The notes beneath the pieces were generated by a model. It was not told the DNA's origin. It was given only the letters and a program-made list of their open reading frames with translations, and made no database searches. 64,000 nt of DNA from an uncultured Fibrobacterota bacterium (lineage in GTDB: Bacteria; Fibrobacterota; Chitinivibrionia; Chitinivibrionales; FEN-1185): positions 32,001 to 96,000 of the forward strand of contig CAVWBU010000031.1 in NCBI GenBank assembly GCA_963753345.1, written 5' to 3'. Shown here in pieces: positions 42,043 through 51,595 of this stretch. A program made the translations under genes and the position numbers. The first letter of the stretch is position 1, and each line of letters opens with the position of its first letter.

Positions 42043-43176
42043 ATGAACCAAACATCGAAGCGCCTCTATCTTTCCCCTCCCCACATGGGCGGAAAAGAAA
42101 TCGAATTTGTCAACGACGCCTTTGCGTCAAACTGGATCGCGCCCATAGGGCCGCAGGTCGACGCGTTTGAAAAGGAGTTCTGCGATGTGACCGGCGCGCG
42201 GCACGCGGCCGCGGTGAGCTCGGGCACTGCCGCGCTCCACCTTGCCATGATCCTTGCGGGCGTCAAGACGGGCGACGAGGTGCTGTGCTCGACGTTTACT
42301 TTTGCGGGAAGCGCATTTCCGATAACGTATCTGGGCGCAACGCCGGTGTTTGTCGACGCGGAGGAACAATCGTGGAACATGGACCCGCAACTTTTGGAGA
42401 AGGCTGTTTTGGACAGGAAGAAAAAAGGAAAAAGAGTAAAGGCCGCCATTGTGGTGCATTTGTACGGCCAGAGCGCGGACCTCGATCCCATTTTGGAAAT
42501 ATGCCGCCGGCATGATATTGCGCTCATCGAAGACGCGGCAGAGTCGCTCGGCGCAACGTATAAGGGGAAAAGCACGGGAACCATGGGCCGTATCGGCATA
42601 TTTTCCTTTAACGGCAACAAGATCGTCACCACATCCGGCGGCGGCATGCTCGTATCGCCGGAAAAAGACCTGGTTGACAAGGCGCGCTTTCTGGCCACGC
42701 AGGCGCGCGACAGCGCGCCGCATTACGAGCATTCGCAGGTCGGCTACAATTACCGGCTGAGCAACGTGTGCGCGGCAATCGGCAGGGGACAGCTCGCTGT
42801 TTTACAGAAGAGAATAGAGCGCAAGAGGGAAATCTTCGCTCGCTACCAAAGCAGTCTTGCCCCGATGCCGGGATTTACGTTCATGCCCGAGGCCGTCTGG
42901 GGCGTTTCCAACCGGTGGCTCGCGTGCCTCACCATAGACCAGAAAAAAGCGGGCATCACTTCCGAGGACGCGAGGCTCACGCTTGAAAAGGAAAACATCG
43001 AGAGCCGGCCGTTGTGGAAACCCATGCATTTGCAGCCCGTGTTTGCAAAGGCTCCCGCATATGTCAATGGCGTGTCGGAGCGGCTGTTTGCGAACGGGCT
43101 GTGTTTGCCTTCCGGTACGGCGATGAGTGATGAGGATATTGAGAGAATGATTGCAATTGTAAAGAGTGCGAAATAA
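42043..43176 (+). CDS. PglE/DegT-type sugar aminotransferase
   Basis: YLSPPHMGG, IEDAAESLG, SFNGNKIVTTSGGG. Confidence 0.93.
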   Translation: MNQTSKRLYLSPPHMGGKEIEFVNDAFASNWIAPIGPQVDAFEKEFCDVTGARHAAAVSSGTAALHLAMILAGVKTGDEVLCSTFTFAGSAFPITYLGATPVFVDAEEQSWNMDPQLLEKAVLDRKKKGKRVKAAIVVHLYGQSADLDPILEICRRHDIALIEDAAESLGATYKGKSTGTMGRIGIFSFNGNKIVTTSGGGMLVSPEKDLVDKARFLATQARDSAPHYEHSQVGYNYRLSNVCAAIGRGQLAVLQKRIERKREIFARYQSSLAPMPGFTFMPEAVWGVSNRWLACLTIDQKKAGITSEDARLTLEKENIESRPLWKPMHLQPVFAKAPAYVNGVSERLFANGLCLPSGTAMSDEDIERMIAIVKSAK

Positions 43177-43190
43177 ATAGATAAAAAATC

Positions 43191-43590
43191 TGGTGGGGGC
43201 ACCGCGAAATTAAAGCAGAAATCTGGGCGTTTCCCTCGCCTTCGCAGGCGCTCAGGCTCGGGTCGGTTCTCCTTCCGGTTTCGGCCTTTGGCCTCTGGCC
43301 GCCTCGGCCCTATGGCCCACAGGGCCGGGTCCGGGCGGCACCGCGTTCCAACGCGGCCTCCAGTCGCCCCTAACGCGCGGCAGAAGAAATCTTGCTCAGT
43401 TGCATGACAAGTTCGCATCTGACTGGCGCCAATCGGTAATCCGGAGCAAGCACGTCCCTGCCTCTGTCGGCGTGCGACTGTTTACCTGTTCAAGAAAACT
43501 GGGTAGTTTTTTGCCACTAGGCTCTTCTCGGTGCCCCCGCCAACGCGAGGCAACTTTCTTGCAGATCAACTTTCTGGCAGGCATACCGCA
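43191..43590 (-). repeat. Plus-strand A' head stub (43191-43205) + minus-strand module C (43224-~43385) + partial minus-strand module A (~43530-43590)
   Basis: C begins TGGGCGTTTCCC; reverse complement of 43530-43590 resembles 15041-15097. Confidence 0.8.
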
Positions 43591-43793
43591 CGAGCGGCGT
43601 ATGGGTGCGGATCAGCCGGCGCCTCCGGATAATGTAATATTCGCAATTGTCTAAGGCAGGCGTTCCTTAATTCCTGATTTTACTAATGAGACAACCTCAA
43701 CTCCCCCCATAGATGCTCTCTTATATTAACCTGTGCAGATTCTATTTTAGACAAGCAGACCCGAATATACAAATAGAGACCTAAAACATAATT

Positions 43794-45677
43794 ATGAAAG
43801 TCCCGTTTCCCAATCTTATCATCCGGTACCGGCTGGTGATCATCATTCTGATGCACGCGGCTTTTGCCGCCGCGGCATTGCTCATTGCGTTTCTGCTGCG
43901 GTTCGATTTCACGCTCGGCTGGAACAAGTACCCGCAGATGTTCTATCATTCCCTTCCCGTCAACATCGCGGTCTTTCTCATATTTTCCGGCATCTTCAAC
44001 CTGTATCAGGGCATCTGGCGCTACGTGAGCGTGGACGATCTCGAAGACATCGTGAAGACCTCGGCCGTTTCGTCGCTTGTCTTCATGTGCGTCATTGTTT
44101 TCAGCGAACATTTCCACGGGTATCCGCGCTCGATTTACGTCATGAATTTCGTGCTCTTTATTCTTCTCAACGGCGGCACCCGTTTCGCCATCCGTATCTT
44201 CCGCGAGACGTTTGTGCCGGAGAGCGAAATTGCGCGCAACGTTCTCATCGTGGGCGCGGGGACCGCGGGCAACGAACTTGCCAAGACCCTCAAATCCGCA
44301 AAGAACAAGGAATATATCCCGGTGGGCTTCATCGACAAGGACAAATGCACGCACGGCCAGCGCCTGCAGGGCCTCAAGGTGCTCGGCGACCTTTCGTCCA
44401 TGAAAAAGCACATCAAGAAATTCCGCGTCCACGAAGTATTCATCGCCATTCCCGAAGCCACGAACAAGCTGGTCGAGGAAATCATTGAGGCGTCAAAGAT
44501 CCCCGAATGGGACGTGAAGTTCAAGATCGTGCCTTCCATGCTCGACATCATGAGCGGCAAGTTCCAGCTCAACCAGATCCGCGACGTGTCGATCAACGAC
44601 CTTCTTTCCCGTCCCAACATCACGCTCGACGACACGCATGTGCGCAGGCAGCTGGCGGCCAAGACCGTGCTGATCACGGGCGCGGGCGGGTCCATCGGCT
44701 CGGAACTGTCGTACCAGGTGGCGGCCTACCGGCCCTCGCGGCTCATTCTGCTTGACGCAGGGGAACAGAACGCCTACAACGTCGACCAGGACCTCAAGAA
44801 GCGCCACCAGGACATCGTGATCCACACCGTGGTGGGCAACATGCTCGACACAGGGTTTATGGACCTTCTTATGCGGCGCTACCAGATCGACTGCATCTAC
44901 CATGCCGCGGCATACAAGCACGTGCACCTGATGGAGTGGAACCCGCTCGCGGCGCTCAAGAACAACGTGCTCGGCACTGCCATGCTGGCCTCGCTCGCGG
45001 AAAAGCACGGGGTGAAGCAGTTCGTGATGATTTCCACCGACAAGGCGGTGAACCCACGGGGCGTCATGGGCCTGTCCAAGAGGCTTGCGGAGCGCGTGGT
45101 GCTGGAGCGCCACAAGTCCGGCACGCTCTTTAATATCGTGCGGTTCGGCAACGTGCTCGGGTCGAGCGGCAGCGTGATCCCGCTGTTCCAGAAGCAGATC
45201 CGCGAGGGCGGGCCGGTCACGGTGACCAGCCCGGAAACGCGGCGCTTTTTCATGTCCATTCCCGAGGCGGTGCAGCTCGTGCTGCAGGCGTCGACCCTCA
45301 ACGAATCGAACGCGATCTTCATGCTCGAAATGGGCGAGCCCATAAAGATCGTCGATCTTGCAAAGAACCTTATCGAGCTGTCCGGCCTCAAGGTGGGCGA
45401 GGACATCGAGATCGTCTTTACGGGCATGAGGCCCGGGGAGAAGATCGAAGAGGAGCTCTTGACGGAGTCGGAAAACCTGGAGCGCACGCGGTTCGACAAG
45501 ATCCGGCTCCAGCGCAACGGGAACTTCGACCCGGACCGCATCGAGCGGTTCGTGCACGACCTCAAGTCGAACGTGGAGCTCGGCAACGTGAAGGCCGTGT
45601 ACAACGACATGCGGGAGCTTATCCCGGAAATGGCCGGCCCCTCGTTCGAGGAGATGATGAGGAATATGTTTGCGTGA
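43794..45677 (+). CDS. PglF/CapD-type UDP-GlcNAc 4,6-dehydratase
   Basis: Four N-terminal TMs, ITGAGGSIGSEL, HAAAYKHV, ISTDKAV, VRFGNVLGSSGSV, RPGEK. Confidence 0.95.
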   Translation: MKVPFPNLIIRYRLVIIILMHAAFAAAALLIAFLLRFDFTLGWNKYPQMFYHSLPVNIAVFLIFSGIFNLYQGIWRYVSVDDLEDIVKTSAVSSLVFMCVIVFSEHFHGYPRSIYVMNFVLFILLNGGTRFAIRIFRETFVPESEIARNVLIVGAGTAGNELAKTLKSAKNKEYIPVGFIDKDKCTHGQRLQGLKVLGDLSSMKKHIKKFRVHEVFIAIPEATNKLVEEIIEASKIPEWDVKFKIVPSMLDIMSGKFQLNQIRDVSINDLLSRPNITLDDTHVRRQLAAKTVLITGAGGSIGSELSYQVAAYRPSRLILLDAGEQNAYNVDQDLKKRHQDIVIHTVVGNMLDTGFMDLLMRRYQIDCIYHAAAYKHVHLMEWNPLAALKNNVLGTAMLASLAEKHGVKQFVMISTDKAVNPRGVMGLSKRLAERVVLERHKSGTLFNIVRFGNVLGSSGSVIPLFQKQIREGGPVTVTSPETRRFFMSIPEAVQLVLQASTLNESNAIFMLEMGEPIKIVDLAKNLIELSGLKVGEDIEIVFTGMRPGEKIEEELLTESENLERTRFDKIRLQRNGNFDPDRIERFVHDLKSNVELGNVKAVYNDMRELIPEMAGPSFEEMMRNMFA

Positions 45678-45699
45678 GAAAAAGATAATCAAATAGAAA

Positions 45700-46310
45700 A
45701 AAGTTGAGAAGTTGAGAGTTTAAGTTGAGAGCCGATGACGAAGCGTCGAGGAGTTGAGAGGTTGCCGGGTCGCATGGACGATCTTCGCTTCCATTTGAAA
45801 AACTTACGGGTGTGGCAGAAAGGATCGCTGGCGGTCAGGATTTACAAAGTCACCTCGTCATTCCCTGAGGATGAGAAATTCGGCATCGTTTCCCAAATGC
45901 GGCGCGCCGCAGTGTCAAAAGCTTCGAACATCGCGGAAGGCGCTTCACGATTGAGCAAGAAAGATCAAGCGCATTTTTCTCAGATTGCGTATGGCTCGCT
46001 TACAGAGCTGCTCTGTCAGGTCAGCATTGCAAACGAACTATCGTTTATTTCAAACGAAGGCTACTCGGATCTTCGTGTCGAAATCGAAGAAGTTTCCCGG
46101 ATGCTCAACGCACTGCGAAAATCCCAGATGGGCTAGTTTCAACTGCAGGATTGACGACGAGAAGGGACAGCTTGTAACCATCTAAATGGATTGATTTTTG
46201 TCTTCTCAACTTCTCAGCTTCTCAACCATTCAACTCTCAGCTTTAACGATTGAAGTGGTATCATGTTTTCTCTTCTCAACTTCTCAACATCCTCAACGTT
46301 CTCAACTATT
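45700..46310. repeat. Inverted heptamer arms: AGTTGAG run (~45700-45765) and CTCAACT run (~46200-46310)
   Basis: Mutually complementary degenerate arrays flanking the four-helix-bundle gene. Confidence 0.8.
45735..46136 (+). CDS. Four-helix-bundle protein (23S rRNA IVP/Avd-like family); start may be 45774
   Basis: LRVWQK, FPEDEKFGIVSQMRRAAVS, SNIAEG, IAYGSLTE. Confidence 0.9.
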   Translation: MTKRRGVERLPGRMDDLRFHLKNLRVWQKGSLAVRIYKVTSSFPEDEKFGIVSQMRRAAVSKASNIAEGASRLSKKDQAHFSQIAYGSLTELLCQVSIANELSFISNEGYSDLRVEIEEVSRMLNALRKSQMG

Positions 46311-46367
46311 CCATGAATCCTTTCTCTCCTCGCCAAACTACTCCCTGTTTTTCTGTATCCGGTCGGC

Positions 46368-47096
46368 ATGAGCGGGGCGCTCGGCCTCGCGGCGGCCGTT
46401 GTCGCCCTCAAGAAAAAAACAAGGGCCGCGGCAGTGCTGGCCTTTTGCGCCGTAGGAGTGCTGTGGTTTTTTTCAACCCCGTTCGTTTCATGGGCGCTTG
46501 CGAGGAACCTGGAAGCCAGGTTCGATCCGTCGCCCGTGCTGCCCCGGTGCGGGGCCATCGTGCTTCTGGGCGGGTGCACCAAGCCCGCGGTCCCTCCGCG
46601 GAAGTACGTGGAGGTGAGTTGCGCCGGCGACAGGATAATCCACGCCGCAAGGCTTTACAAACAGGGATACGCGCCCGTCATCATCGCCACGGGCGGCAAG
46701 ATCGCGTATGTCTACGATTTTCCCGGGTCCGAGGGCGCCTGCATGGCGAGCATCCTTGCAAACGACTGCGGCGTGGATTCGTCGGCCATTATCGTGGAGG
46801 ACAGGGCCAAAGTCACCCGCGATCACGCGCCCAACGTCGAGGCCATTCTGCTTGCGCGCGGGATGTCCAAGGAGATAATCCTGGTGACGAGCGCCATGCA
46901 CATGTTCCGTTCCGTCAAGGTGTTCCGCAAGCGCGGCTACGTGGTGCACCCGTCGCCCGCCGATTTCACGGCCGATGCCAGGTTCCAGTGGAACGCGGTC
47001 GCCCTGTTCCCGCGGGGCGAGTGTCTGTTCGGCTCGACCGCCGCGCTGCATGAATATTATGGGATTATTGCGTATAAGATTTTAGGGTGGATTTAG
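46368..47096 (+). CDS. YdcF/ElyC/SanA (DUF218) family protein; true start probably ~46313 with a frameshift
   Basis: IVLLGG, IIATGG, ILVTSAMHMFRS, HEYYG. Confidence 0.85.
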   Translation: MSGALGLAAAVVALKKKTRAAAVLAFCAVGVLWFFSTPFVSWALARNLEARFDPSPVLPRCGAIVLLGGCTKPAVPPRKYVEVSCAGDRIIHAARLYKQGYAPVIIATGGKIAYVYDFPGSEGACMASILANDCGVDSSAIIVEDRAKVTRDHAPNVEAILLARGMSKEIILVTSAMHMFRSVKVFRKRGYVVHPSPADFTADARFQWNAVALFPRGECLFGSTAALHEYYGIIAYKILGWI

Positions 47097-47099
47097 AAT

Positions 47100-47374
47100 T
47101 GGGCGTTCCCCTCCCCCTCGACTTCGCTCGGGGTCGGGTCGGTTCTCCTTCCGGTCTCGGCCTCCGGCCTCGGGCCGCCACGGCCCTATGGCCCAGAGGG
47201 CCGGGTCCGGGCGGCATCCCGCTCTGGCGGGACCTCCAGTCGCCCCTAACGTGCGGCAGAGGAGTTCTTATCAGTCAACTAGCTCTAAATGCGCCACTTC
47301 GTATCCAAGGAAACTGATCGCGGTCTTTTAGCTTCTCAACTCCTCAACTTCTCAACCTCTCAACTTCTTCAACC
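47100..47374 (-). repeat. Module C (47100-~47262) + heptamer run (47333-47374), minus strand
   Basis: Near-identical to the reverse complement of 15215-15330 and to 56058-56206. Confidence 0.9.
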
Positions 47375-47859
47375 ATCCTCTTTATCGCTTCTTCCACCGC
47401 CCGCCTTCTTACCTCCTGCCTGTTTCCCTTGAATAAATATTTAAAGCTTCTCACTATTTTTCCATTCGCGATTCCCACAAAGACAAGCCCCACCGGTTTC
47501 TTTTTTGTCCCGCCGCCCGGACCCGCCACGCCCGTTATCGAGATCGCGCAATCGGAAGAAAACAGCCGCCGGGCGCCGGCCGCCATGGCCTGTGCCGTTT
47601 CCGCGCTCACGGCGCCTTTACGTGCGAGAATAGCGGCCGGAACGCCGAGCACGCTGCGCTTTGCCGCGTTTGCGTAGGAGACGATCCCGCCGGTAAAGTA
47701 GGCCGACGATCCGGGAACGGCGGTGATGGCCGCGCCCAGCATGCCGCCGGTGCAGGACTCGGCCAAAGAAAGCGTGAGCCTGTTTTTGGCGAGCAGGCGG
47801 CCGAGCTTTTTCGAAAGCGCGGCGATGCGGGGGCGATGTGCGGCCGGGTGGGGTTTCAC
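47344..47859 (-). CDS. CinA C-terminal domain protein (PncC-like NMN deamidase)
   Basis: AESCTGG, GSSAYF, GAVS, SITGVAGPGGG, KPVGLV; GTGA overlap with znuB. Confidence 0.92.
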   Translation of the reverse strand: MKPHPAAHRPRIAALSKKLGRLLAKNRLTLSLAESCTGGMLGAAITAVPGSSAYFTGGIVSYANAAKRSVLGVPAAILARKGAVSAETAQAMAAGARRLFSSDCAISITGVAGPGGGTKKKPVGLVFVGIANGKIVRSFKYLFKGNRQEVRRRAVEEAIKRMVEEVERLRS

Positions 47860-48704
47860 GGTTGTGCCTCCCTGACCGGGGCGGCCGCCAAGGTCCGCGG
47901 CCTCGCAATGATCCGCTTGACAAGCAGTGCCGCGAAGTAGCACACGCCGGCGACCAGGATGATGGTCGCGCCCGAAGTGAGGTTGAAATAATAGGAGAGA
48001 AACAGCCCGGTTATGGTGAACACCATGCCGAGCAGGCTCGACACAAGCATGATGCGGCTGAGTTTCCTGGTAAAGAGCTCGGCGATGGATGCGGGTATGG
48101 TGAAGAGCGCGATAACGAGGATGAGCCCCACCACGCGGATGAGCACCACCACACACAGCGCGACAAGGATGAGCACAAGGTAATACAGGGCGCGCACCGG
48201 CACGCCGCTGATGAGCGCGAACTCTTCGTCGTAGGAGAGCGCCACGAGCTCCTTGTATAAAAGCACGGTGCTTATCAGGATGCATACGTCGAGGCCGGCC
48301 ATAAAGAAAATGCTCTGGCCCGGCACGGCGAGGATGCTGCCGAACAGGTAGCTCATCAGGTCGGCAAAATACCCTTTTGTCAAATCGATCATGAGGATGC
48401 CGAACGCCATGCCGATCGCCCACACCACGCCCACGATGGTGTCGGCGCGCTCCTTCTTGCGCACGGTCACCCATCCCATCACGGCCGAGGCCGCGAGCGA
48501 AAACAGCATGGCGCCGGCAAGGAGCGGCCACCGGAAGAACACGGCAAGGCCGAGCCCGCCGTAGGCCGCGTGCGCCACGCCGCCCGACAGCGACGAGAGC
48601 CGGTTCACCACCACCAGGCTGCCCACCACGCCGCAGGCGACGCTCACCAGCACGCCCGCGAGCAGGGCGTTGCGCATGAATTCGTAGTGGAGGATGTCAA
48701 ACAT
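47856..48704 (-). CDS. znuB: Zn/Mn ABC transporter permease
   Basis: AHAAYGG, YLFGSIL, multiple TMs. Confidence 0.88.
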   Translation of the reverse strand: MFDILHYEFMRNALLAGVLVSVACGVVGSLVVVNRLSSLSGGVAHAAYGGLGLAVFFRWPLLAGAMLFSLAASAVMGWVTVRKKERADTIVGVVWAIGMAFGILMIDLTKGYFADLMSYLFGSILAVPGQSIFFMAGLDVCILISTVLLYKELVALSYDEEFALISGVPVRALYYLVLILVALCVVVLIRVVGLILVIALFTIPASIAELFTRKLSRIMLVSSLLGMVFTITGLFLSYYFNLTSGATIILVAGVCYFAALLVKRIIARPRTLAAAPVREAQP

Positions 48705-48719
48705 CGAAGTCCCTGGAAA

Positions 48720-48862
48720 AAGGTTGAAAGTTGGAAGTTGAAAGTTAAAAGTATAACGACCCTTGCATTTTTCTCCGTGTCCTCCATGCCCCTATGGTGA
48801 TTCTTCTTTGATTCCTCTTGCTTTCAACTTTCAACATGAAACTTCCAACTTTAAACTTCCAA
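48720..48862. repeat. Inverted heptamer arms (48720-48751 AAGTTG(A/G); 48820-48862 (T/C)CAACTT)
   Basis: Complementary arrays between znuC and znuB. Confidence 0.75.
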
Positions 48863-49636
48863 CTATCGCTCATGCGAGTGGTACACCCGGTGCGGCAGGC
48901 CGTGCGCGATGAGGTCCACCGGGCAGCCGAACGTGGCGGCGATGGCCTCGTCGTCGAGCACGCCGTCGGGATGGTAGAACAGCTTCCTGTTGACGCATGC
49001 GACCGACCGTATGTACGACGACACCGCGCCCACGTTGTGCGTGACGAGCACGACCGTGGTCCCCGCCTTGTTGATCCGCATCATGTGTTCGTAGATTTCG
49101 TCTTGTCCCCTGGTGTCGATCGAGGCGGTGGGCTCGTCGAGGAACAGGATCTCCGGATCCGACACCAGCGCGCGCGCGAGCAGCACCTTCTGGCGCTGTC
49201 CGCCCGAAAGTTCGCCGATGCTCCGGTTTGCAAGATGCGACAGCTTCAGTTCATTGAGAATGGCGGCGGCCTTCTCCCGGTCGTCGCGGGTGTAGGGGCG
49301 GAACATGCTCCTCCGGGACAAGAGGCCCATGAGCGCAACGTCGATCACGGAAATGGGAAACCGCTTGTTCGACGACGTCTCCTGGGGAATGTAGCCGGCG
49401 CGAATGCGGTTTTTCTCCGGCGGCCCTCCCAGAAGCCGCACAATCCCCTGGGTGGGCGAAAGCACGCCGAGCGCCAGGCGGAGCAAGGTGGTTTTGCCGC
49501 CGCCGTTGGGGCCGATGATGCCCACAAAATCGCCGGTGTTGACCGTAAGAGAAACGTTCTCAAGAACGGTTTCCTCTCCGAACGAGAAAAAGACGCCGGT
49601 CATTTCAACGGCCGGTATTGGCAAGGGAGTACTCAT
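48863..49636 (-). CDS. znuC: Zn/Mn ABC transporter ATP-binding protein
   Basis: GPNGGGKT, LSGGQRQK, FLDEP. Confidence 0.9.
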   Translation of the reverse strand: MSTPLPIPAVEMTGVFFSFGEETVLENVSLTVNTGDFVGIIGPNGGGKTTLLRLALGVLSPTQGIVRLLGGPPEKNRIRAGYIPQETSSNKRFPISVIDVALMGLLSRRSMFRPYTRDDREKAAAILNELKLSHLANRSIGELSGGQRQKVLLARALVSDPEILFLDEPTASIDTRGQDEIYEHMMRINKAGTTVVLVTHNVGAVSSYIRSVACVNRKLFYHPDGVLDDEAIAATFGCPVDLIAHGLPHRVYHSHER

Positions 49637-50520
49637 TGCTCCGCCAGCTTTCCAGCCACATTCAGCAGGTTGTTCTCCCAGTCGTAGGCGAGCGCGTCTG
49701 CCTCGAGCACGCCCGCGCCGAGCTCACGGGCGATCACCTCGGCGCTCTTTCGAGAAAACTCCGGTTGCACAAAAACCGTGTGTATCCGGTAGAACCGAGC
49801 GGTATCGATGATCCTCTTCATCATCCGGGGGCTCGGCTCCTTGCCTTCAGCCTCGATGGAAACCTGCCTGAGGCAATAGTCCTTTGCAAAGTATCCCCAC
49901 GTCGGATGATACACGAGAAACGCCTTGCGCGCTTTGCCGCCGGCGGCCGAATCGCAGGCAACAAGCGCGCGGATCCGCAGGTCGAGCGAATCGATGCCGG
50001 CAAGAAAAGCGTCACGGTTCCTCGCATACGCGGCTGCGTGAGCGGTGTCTATTTCCGCCAGCGCCGCGGCGATGATGCGCGCCTGCTGCTTTACAAGCAC
50101 GGGTGAGAGCCAGATGTGCGGATCGAGTCCCCGGCCACCGGAGGGGGTTCGGTCGTCGGCGTCCTCGGAGGGGATTTTCGCGACCCCGCTGTCGGTATGC
50201 ACGATGCGCATGGCGCGTGAAACAGCGGCAAATTTCGGAAGCCACGGGTTTTCGAACTCCAGCCCGATCGCGAAATAGACTCTGGCATTTGACAGAAGCG
50301 ACATCTGGGCCGGGTGCGGCTCGAAGGTGTGGGGGTCGGCGCCGGGCGGAACCATCACCAGGCATTTGACAAGCCCGCCGCTTATCCTGTCCACAAAGTA
50401 CTTCTGCGGTACGATGCTCACGAACACGGTGAGGGGTGTGCCTTGCGCGGCGGGCCGGTTGTTGCCGCACATGCAGAAGCACGCGAGCGCGGCTGCGAAG
50501 AAAAGAGACGGTAGCTTCAC
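49633..50520 (-). CDS. znuA: Zn ABC transporter substrate-binding lipoprotein
   Basis: DPHTFEP, DPHIWLSP, YHPTWGYF; GTG start overlapping the upstream stop. Confidence 0.88.
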   Translation of the reverse strand: MKLPSLFFAAALACFCMCGNNRPAAQGTPLTVFVSIVPQKYFVDRISGGLVKCLVMVPPGADPHTFEPHPAQMSLLSNARVYFAIGLEFENPWLPKFAAVSRAMRIVHTDSGVAKIPSEDADDRTPSGGRGLDPHIWLSPVLVKQQARIIAAALAEIDTAHAAAYARNRDAFLAGIDSLDLRIRALVACDSAAGGKARKAFLVYHPTWGYFAKDYCLRQVSIEAEGKEPSPRMMKRIIDTARFYRIHTVFVQPEFSRKSAEVIARELGAGVLEADALAYDWENNLLNVAGKLAEQ

Positions 50521-50945
50521 TGCCGCGCCTCCGAACAGCTCCTGCACAGCCCGTGCAAATAGATTTCCTGGTTTTCCACCACGCGGCCGGTGGTCGCGCG
50601 GTCCCATCGCGGGAGCTTCACGCCGGGCAGGCATTCCATCCTGCCGCACTTGCGGCACGAGAAATGCGGGTGACAGTGTTCCGTGTGCCCGCACGGGCAC
50701 ACCGCGAAGCGCCACTGGTGGCCGGTCGTTTCCATACGGTGAGCGATGTTATGGTCAAGCAGCGACGAGAGCACGCGGTACACGGTGACTTTGTCGAGCC
50801 TCGGAATCGCGGTGCTTATATCGTGATGAGAGAGAGGTTTTTTTGATGAGAGCAACAAGTTGAGGACCGAAAGCCTGGGTGAGGTCCTCTTGAGGCCGCG
50901 GTTAGAGAGGAGAAGAGATGCTTTTGTGAAGGATGAAGGTTTCAT
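50517..50945 (-). CDS. zur: Fur-family regulator, probably Zur
   Basis: TSPRLSVL, VTVYRVL, HPHFSCRKCG, CxxC; heads the znuACB operon. Confidence 0.8.
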   Translation of the reverse strand: MKPSSFTKASLLLSNRGLKRTSPRLSVLNLLLSSKKPLSHHDISTAIPRLDKVTVYRVLSSLLDHNIAHRMETTGHQWRFAVCPCGHTEHCHPHFSCRKCGRMECLPGVKLPRWDRATTGRVVENQEIYLHGLCRSCSEARQ

Positions 50946-50975
50946 AATAAATTTGTAAAGAAATAAAACAAATCT

Positions 50976-51567
50976 TGGGCGCCCCGCTGCTTCGCAGCGG
51001 CGGCCCTCGTTCACGCTTCGCGCCCTGCGGGCCGCCTTCGGCGGTGGTCTCCGCGCCTCCGGCGCTCCGGCTCCAGGCTCGGGGCGGCACAAGGCAAGAG
51101 ACACAATAATGAAGCGCAAAGCGCTATTACTATACCTTGGGGAACGAAGTGACAATGCGCTCCAGCGCACCTTCCAGTCCTGCCTGGCGCGGGGCGGAAG
51201 GGGAAACTTAAAGCCCCCCGTGTCTTTGCCCCAAACGGCAACGCCGGGAAATATAGATACAAATGCAAGTCAGTTGCAATAAATTCAGACTGTTTCGTAC
51301 GGAATGTGTATGGTTTTTGATTTCTCCCCCTTAGCAAGGGGGAGATGCCGTAGGCAGAGGGGGATCTTCCGCAGTGGTTGCGTTGCGAAGGTGCGACGAC
51401 GCGCGAGCGTCAAGCGAGCGCCTTTGGCGCGCACCTTCGCAGGAGGGGGTAGCGGAGGACACCGCAGGCCGAAGGCCGAGGAGGCCGGAGCGAGGGGGAA
51501 ACGCGAAGCGGTGCCCCCACCAAGGCAATGTTTCCCGGCCGCGCCTTTACAAAAGGGGGAACGCCCA
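50976..51567 (-). repeat. Minus-strand module C (50976-~51205, containing module E 51009-51071) + module A' (~51365-51522) + plus-strand C-tail stub (51555-51567)
   Basis: C matches the reverse complement of 12965-13110; A' matches 7661-7880. Confidence 0.85.
51250..51279 (-). promoter_or_regulatory. Putative Zur box overlapping a promoter for zur-znuACB
   Basis: Inverted repeat TGCAA-N5-TTGCA at 51264-51278; minus strand reads TTGCAA-N18-TATATT. Confidence 0.55.
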
Positions 51568-51595
51568 ATTTATTATTTAGAGAAAGAAATTGAAA

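Noticed and set aside
45735-46136. Diversity-generating retroelement suggested by the Avd-like fold
   Set aside because: No reverse transcriptase, and no TR/VR pair with adenine-specific mismatches seen; the 749-bp duplication differs by a single C/T
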